DNA of 64,000 nt from an uncultured virus (IMG/VR IMGVR_UViG_3300034062_006335) (lineage: Duplodnaviria; Heunggongvirae; Uroviricota; Caudoviricetes), in IMG/VR virus record IMGVR_UViG_3300034062_006335, one strand, 5' to 3'. The number at the start of each line of letters is the position of its first letter. Positions within the stretch are counted from its first letter, which is position 1. This document shows, piece after piece, positions 59,226 to 64,000 of the stretch. The position numbers and the translations under genes are program-made. Below the pieces are notes generated by a model. That model was not told where the DNA came from and did no database searches. It was given only the letters and a program-made list of their open reading frames with translations.

Positions 59226-62200
59226 TTATAGGTCATCAAATGAAGCTCCTGCCGGTGTAATTACAAATTCGATGTCAATATATTCTAACGCTCTTGTAGG
59301 TTTTATAAATATTTTACCTGTTAAAGTGTTAGAGTCTAAGTCTTCAGGTGTGTTAGATACTTGAACTCTAAAGTCAATAAGACCACGGTCTCTTCTAATT
59401 TGGTCTAATATTGGGTTTACTGAATCCAAGAAATCTTGTCTAACTTTAGCATCGTTTTGTTCAAACAATAATCTAACCGCCACAGCCGAAATTAACTTAC
59501 GAGCTTGTAATAATAGTCTTCTAACATTAATTCTATCTAGTGCAGATTCTCTTACTTGTAAAGTTTTATTACCCCATATTACTGTACCAACATCATTAAA
59601 AGTGGCGATTGGGTTAATACTTCCTTTATATAATGTATCTCTATCATCTTGAGTAAGATTTCTTCTTGCTCTAATTGCGTTTACCAAACCTCTTGTGTAA
59701 CCAGCCGATGCGAACCATGGGAATGCAATATTATCAGTTAATGCGAAGTTTCTAACTACCTCTGATGTTGCAGGAATGTAAAGTTGTGTGTTTGATACAC
59801 TATCTAATGTTAAAATCCAAGGATAATAAGTAGCTGTGTAGTTTGAATCGATTCCTGTTTGTTCCAAATTATTTACCGCCTCTGTTGGGAATATTAATCC
59901 TTCAGAAATATCATCATAAGATGGTAAAAATAAGTTAAAGTCTGGTGTTGTGCAAACATAAAGTGAATCCGCTCTATCGAATTGTACCATTTCTATCGCG
60001 TCTTCAACTAAATTTGAATTGTTTACATAATCAATACCCGGTGTTGCAAATACATTTATATTAGTTCTTTCAGGGTTAGCGAATGTATCTTGACCCCATC
60101 GATATGCGTAGTAGTCAGTATTTGCCCAATTTTCTTGATTAGGTCCAGAAATAGGTTTGAATGCCCCCCAACCCGTAGCGGTTGGGTAAGTAACTGAACT
60201 TGCAGCTCCATTCATAAACCCAGTTTGACCAAGAGCAAAAGTATCACCGTTTGTTCTATATTCTCTATAAATGTCCCAACCATCAAAACCACCATAAGGT
60301 AAAACTGTGAATTTTCTTGTATTTAGGTTATAGTATGTGTCGGAAACATTAGTAGGTTCTGAGTCAAATGAGCCCCTACCTACGTAAAATGCACTTTCCC
60401 CTGACGTTGCGTAGGCTGATGATATGGTAACAATAGTTGCTCCACTATCTAAGTGGAAACCTTTTGTTTTATAACCCCACTCATCGCCAGTTGTTGCAGT
60501 TGCCAAATTATTAGGAATTTGTTTTCCTTTATATTGGAAAAAATCATAATCAAAACCAACACCGTTACTGATACCTAAGTAAGCAAAACGAGGACTCTCA
60601 CCCGAAGAACGTTGTTCATTATTAAATCCACTTGTAGTACCAAATGGTGGGTCATAAATAAGTTCGTTTGGTTTATAATATACAGTTTTATATGGAACAA
60701 ATGGTGGAGTTGCATTAGCATATTCTCTTGAAATATATCCTTCAAAACCACAAGGTAGTGAGTCTATCGGAGCATCGTTGTTCATTTCTAACATAACATA
60801 TTTAGACCTAACTTGATACTCACCATTAGATGTACCAATCTTTTTAGCTATAAAACTATTTTGACTAGGGTTCATAGTACAACCACGGAAACTTTCTAAA
60901 ACAACAACATTTGAGTCTGTATCGTAGAAATCACGAACTAATACGTCAAACGTTAAATTATTAAATGAGATATTTGCGATTGATATTTTTACCAAAGTGT
61001 TAGCCGCGTTACCATCAGATATTAAAACAAATCTAAATAGGTTAAATACTCTACTACCACGTAATTCAGAAACTAAATAAGGGGTTTTAGGAGTTTGGTA
61101 TTGCTCCAAATAGAAGGCGATACTATCTGAATAGTTTAAGTTAGTAGAGTCTGTAACTCCAGGTAATTCAACTAAATCACAATATAGTCCTCTAATTTTT
61201 CCTTCGTTATATCCATAATTAAGTAGTGAACTATAAGTTTCTTCAACAAAAATTGGAACATCTGTTCTACTTTTTCCAAAATTACTACCTCCAAAAACTT
61301 TTCTCAAAAAGTTTGGACTTAGACTGTTCATTGATGTTTCAAACGAGAAGTTTGTATTTTGATAAGTTGTTCCTGTAATAAGGAAAGTCAATTTAGGGTT
61401 TTTAGTAACTCCCGAATATTTACCTGAGCAAACCATTGTAACGCCTGTAGTTGCTGAAACTTGAAATAAAGGTCCGTGTTGAGTAGAACTAAATGTTGAA
61501 ATACCTCTTGACCTTAAAGTCGCAACAACAACTTCATCATATTCACTGTATGGTGAACCTGAATAATTTGTGGTATAAACCGCAACTGTACCTGAGTAAA
61601 CACCTGAAACTGGTGTTGATGAAATACCTGACATTGCGACCCCAAAACCAACACCATAGTAACTGTTGTTTGGTGGATTATGAGTATAATCAAATAATGC
61701 GTAGTACCAAGGGTCGTTTGTTGTTTGTGCAGACAAAGAACTAGCAGTTGCCCCTGTTAAATTACCAACACCAAATGTTTCTGAGTATGATGTAATTGTT
61801 CCTGTACCGTTTGTACTAACACTTGTTACTGAATTGAAAGTAGAAGAACTTACACTACCCCAAAATAGTGCGGTATTTCCAGATGTTGAGGCTGAAATTG
61901 CGAATGAACTAATTCTGTTAGTAACGTATGTTTGTAAGTCTTGATTTACTGAGGAAGTTCCACCATCAAATTGTGTGTACGTGTTGTAAAAACTACCATT
62001 TACGTTAATTGCTCCTGGTATAGAGGAAGTGAAAGTAATAGTACCTCCAGTTGTCCCTGTGAATGTTATACCCAAAGGACCTGTTGTACCTGTTGCCGTC
62101 ATCGTTGATGGATTAGGGTTTGCGATTGTAGTAATAGACCAAGATGGTCCCGCATCATAACCAGATAATCCAAGTACTCTTGTTACAAATAATTGATTTG

Positions 62201-62459
62201 ATTGTGTTAAATATGATTTAGCGATATAACCTAATTCATATTTTGGAATTTGTGTGTTTACAAATTTTTCAGGACTAGTACCTCCAAAATAAGTGGTAAA
62301 CTCATCAAAATTTGTTATGAAAATTGGTTCAAATGCAGGACCACGAAGTGTCTCTCCTGCTAAACCTAATGTAGTAACCCCAACACTTTGAGCTACAAAT
62401 GTTAAATCTCTTTCTGAAGTATAAACTCCTGGCGAAACGAATATTTTATTAGATGCCAT
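59226..62459 (-). CDS. Tail sheath protein (T4 gp18-like)
   Basis: FVSPGVYTSERD, GETLRGPAFEP, PWFASAGYTRG, RDTLY...INPI, WGNKTLQ, LDRINVRRLL, LFEQND, IKPTRALEYI. Confidence 0.96.
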   Translation of the reverse strand: MASNKIFVSPGVYTSERDLTFVAQSVGVTTLGLAGETLRGPAFEPIFITNFDEFTTYFGGTSPEKFVNTQIPKYELGYIAKSYLTQSNQLFVTRVLGLSGYDAGPSWSITTIANPNPSTMTATGTTGPLGITFTGTTGGTITFTSSIPGAINVNGSFYNTYTQFDGGTSSVNQDLQTYVTNRISSFAISASTSGNTALFWGSVSSSTFNSVTSVSTNGTGTITSYSETFGVGNLTGATASSLSAQTTNDPWYYALFDYTHNPPNNSYYGVGFGVAMSGISSTPVSGVYSGTVAVYTTNYSGSPYSEYDEVVVATLRSRGISTFSSTQHGPLFQVSATTGVTMVCSGKYSGVTKNPKLTFLITGTTYQNTNFSFETSMNSLSPNFLRKVFGGSNFGKSRTDVPIFVEETYSSLLNYGYNEGKIRGLYCDLVELPGVTDSTNLNYSDSIAFYLEQYQTPKTPYLVSELRGSRVFNLFRFVLISDGNAANTLVKISIANISFNNLTFDVLVRDFYDTDSNVVVLESFRGCTMNPSQNSFIAKKIGTSNGEYQVRSKYVMLEMNNDAPIDSLPCGFEGYISREYANATPPFVPYKTVYYKPNELIYDPPFGTTSGFNNEQRSSGESPRFAYLGISNGVGFDYDFFQYKGKQIPNNLATATTGDEWGYKTKGFHLDSGATIVTISSAYATSGESAFYVGRGSFDSEPTNVSDTYYNLNTRKFTVLPYGGFDGWDIYREYRTNGDTFALGQTGFMNGAASSVTYPTATGWGAFKPISGPNQENWANTDYYAYRWGQDTFANPERTNINVFATPGIDYVNNSNLVEDAIEMVQFDRADSLYVCTTPDFNLFLPSYDDISEGLIFPTEAVNNLEQTGIDSNYTATYYPWILTLDSVSNTQLYIPATSEVVRNFALTDNIAFPWFASAGYTRGLVNAIRARRNLTQDDRDTLYKGSINPIATFNDVGTVIWGNKTLQVRESALDRINVRRLLLQARKLISAVAVRLLFEQNDAKVRQDFLDSVNPILDQIRRDRGLIDFRVQVSNTPEDLDSNTLTGKIFIKPTRALEYIDIEFVITPAGASFDDL

Positions 62460-62491
62460 GTTAAATGTAAAGTTTTTTCTTTTATTTTATA

Positions 62492-62542
62492 TATAAATAC
62501 AATAATAAATTGTAAAAAACTTTACTACAAACCAATATTTAT
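62492..62542. promoter_or_regulatory. Back-to-back TATTTAT motifs: minus strand 62492-62499 (sheath), plus strand 62536-62542 (RHH gene)
   Basis: The motif switches strand with gene orientation. Confidence 0.55.
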
Positions 62543-62594
62543 TTCTAAGTAAGAAAAAATTCTACCTTTTTTCTGCCTAATGAAAATTAACATA

Positions 62595-62744
62595 ATGAAA
62601 AAAATTAAAAACTTAAAAATTTCAGAGGAAACCCATCAAATCCTAAAAAAGTATTGCGAAGTGAATGGATTAAAGATGTATAAATTTTTGGAAAGTTTGA
62701 TTAAAAAAAATTGTGAAAAGAAAAAAGACTTGTATGGTGAATAA
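62595..62744 (+). CDS. Ribbon-helix-helix-like DNA-binding protein; not in the ORF track (alternative start 62580)
   Basis: MKKIKNLKISEETHQILKKYCEVNGLKMYKFLESLIKKNCEKKKDLYGE: alternating beta strand, helix, G turn, helix. Its stop abuts the convergent gene's stop. Confidence 0.7.
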   Translation: MKKIKNLKISEETHQILKKYCEVNGLKMYKFLESLIKKNCEKKKDLYGE

Positions 62745-63980
62745 TTAAACCAAATACGCAACTGTTTTTATTACAGAAGTTTGCGTAATAAGTTTTTTAA
62801 AAGCATTAACAACCAAAGTATCACCATCATTTATTTGGATGACTGATAAATTATCACCTACGTAGTTACCATTTATAAAAACCGAAAACGAGTCGTTACA
62901 AACCGAACTTGTTGTTGATATGGTTACTCCCGTTGGGTTAGAAAAAGATGGTATTGTTCCGCCTTGAACACAATATGTCGATGATGTTCCTGATGTAATA
63001 CCTGAAATTGATATTGGAATACCATTACACCCCGTAAAGTTTAAATTGTTTGATGTATTAGATGTAAATGAAAAATTGTAACAACTTACCAAATTTTCAA
63101 CTCCCGAAACTTTTAAATCAACCGTATATCTAAAAACTTCAGACAGAGTGGTAACGCCGGGGAGAAAAGTCAAATCCAAATCAAAAAAATCGGGTCTTGG
63201 TGGTTGTTGTTGAACTCTTCTTGATTTGTTAATTGTATCCACTTCAAACATCGAAAGTTGTCTAGTAATCGCTGGTGAAACTTCAAACTCATCTTCATCA
63301 ATCAACAAACCTTTCATGATAAAAGTATAACTTATGATATAGTATTTTCTTTTTCCTATGTCTTTTGCTGACTCATCAGCAACACTTTCCATTATTAATG
63401 GAATATAATGTCCCTTTATTTGTCTATAAGCTTGCTTTGATGTAAATTTTTCCATAACAATTTTATTGAACTCGTTAAGTTCTCTCATTCTGTTACAAAA
63501 TATTTTTACATTATATGTAATGTCGACAGGAATTGGTTGTGGTATTTTATAAACGTCAGCCCCTTTTCTTTGACCATCCCATGTTGGGACCGAATAATAA
63601 AAAAATTGTCTTCTGTTTGGAATATTTGCAGCTCCTCCCTGAAATGTTCCATATTTAACTTCAGGAGTTCTTACTGTTGCAATAAATGGTAAGGATATAT
63701 TTTTGTCTAAATCTTGAAAGTCCCATGTTTCAGTAAACTGAGACCAGTTTTGATTTGTAATAATTCTATCTACGGTTGGTACGACCTTTTCTTCCATTAC
63801 AAGTTTTAGGTCTTCTTTTACAAAATCCAACATACCTCTATCCAAATCTGCATGTAAAACGCCTTTAGGTAAATAAGTACCATAGTCAGTAATATCATCA
63901 AGCATTTCTTGACGCCTTTCTCGACCTACCTTTTCAGGTATTAATGGTAATGAATTTTTAACTTTTTTTGGTAATGCCAT
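62745..63980 (-). CDS. Putail completion / sheath terminator protein (T4 gp15-like), putative, with Cys module insert
   Basis: ISLPFIATVR, PIPVDITYNVKIF..MRELNEF, YTFIMKGLL; directly upstream of the sheath. Confidence 0.6.
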   Translation of the reverse strand: MALPKKVKNSLPLIPEKVGRERRQEMLDDITDYGTYLPKGVLHADLDRGMLDFVKEDLKLVMEEKVVPTVDRIITNQNWSQFTETWDFQDLDKNISLPFIATVRTPEVKYGTFQGGAANIPNRRQFFYYSVPTWDGQRKGADVYKIPQPIPVDITYNVKIFCNRMRELNEFNKIVMEKFTSKQAYRQIKGHYIPLIMESVADESAKDIGKRKYYIISYTFIMKGLLIDEDEFEVSPAITRQLSMFEVDTINKSRRVQQQPPRPDFFDLDLTFLPGVTTLSEVFRYTVDLKVSGVENLVSCYNFSFTSNTSNNLNFTGCNGIPISISGITSGTSSTYCVQGGTIPSFSNPTGVTISTTSSVCNDSFSVFINGNYVGDNLSVIQINDGDTLVVNAFKKLITQTSVIKTVAYLV

Positions 63981-64000
63981 TTTTAAATTCCTCTAAATTC

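Noticed and set aside
809..61744. Plus-strand ORFs in the track (e.g. 809-1366, 9112-9354, 39844-40110, 54917-55339) and short nested minus-strand ORFs
   Set aside because: They are antisense or off-frame shadows of well-supported genes, often mirroring repeats (poly-VG, poly-HQ), with no recognisable motifs.
28446..62459. Bacterial contractile injection system (eCIS/tailocin) or eukaryotic giant virus instead of a phage
   Set aside because: The tail genes are interleaved with gp32-like SSB, RecA/UvsX, helicase, primase and RNR, and have bacterial-type terminators. Head genes are presumably outside the window.
1..64000. Stop-codon reassignment as found in some huge phages
   Set aside because: Long conserved genes are intact in code 11, and TAG (2407, 11887, 54691, 58180) and TGA (9807, 10595) end genes at sensible positions.
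63983..64000. End of an upstream minus-strand gene (...EFRGI-stop)
   Set aside because: Only five codons are visible, so no product can be assigned.
1..64000. tRNA or structured ncRNA genes
   Set aside because: Intergenic gaps are short, AT-rich and explained by promoters and terminators; no cloverleaf was recognised by eye.

Overview
This window is a segment of a large, AT-rich myovirus (jumbo/huge-phage type) read in the standard genetic code. Nearly all genes are on the minus strand. In transcription order (right to left) it holds: a contractile-tail module (tail completion protein, sheath, tube, chaperone pair, tape measure); very large baseplate proteins; an inserted replication block (gp32-like SSB, RecA/UvsX, 5'-3' exonuclease, helicase, nrdB, nrdA); more baseplate wedge genes; a fibre/adhesin region with SprB repeats, Cys-rich modules and Pro-Thr or Gly-Thr-X repeats; a RuvC-like resolvase; two MKKIVRLTESDL-leader paralogs; and a truncated primase. 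A Bacteroidota host is inferred from the lack of Shine-Dalgarno motifs, the SprB repeats and the RRM1-like RNR. The strongest candidate for a novel system is a coupled GT60-like polypeptide GlcNAc-transferase plus HtrL-family glycosyltransferase placed among mucin-like virion proteins, suggesting phage-encoded virion O-glycosylation. Also notable are a probable +1 frameshift (UUU_UUU_CGC) in the tail chaperone, two promoter classes, an unannotated ribbon-helix-helix gene divergent from the sheath, and Cys modules shuffled between virion proteins. All family assignments come from motif recognition by eye, not database searches.
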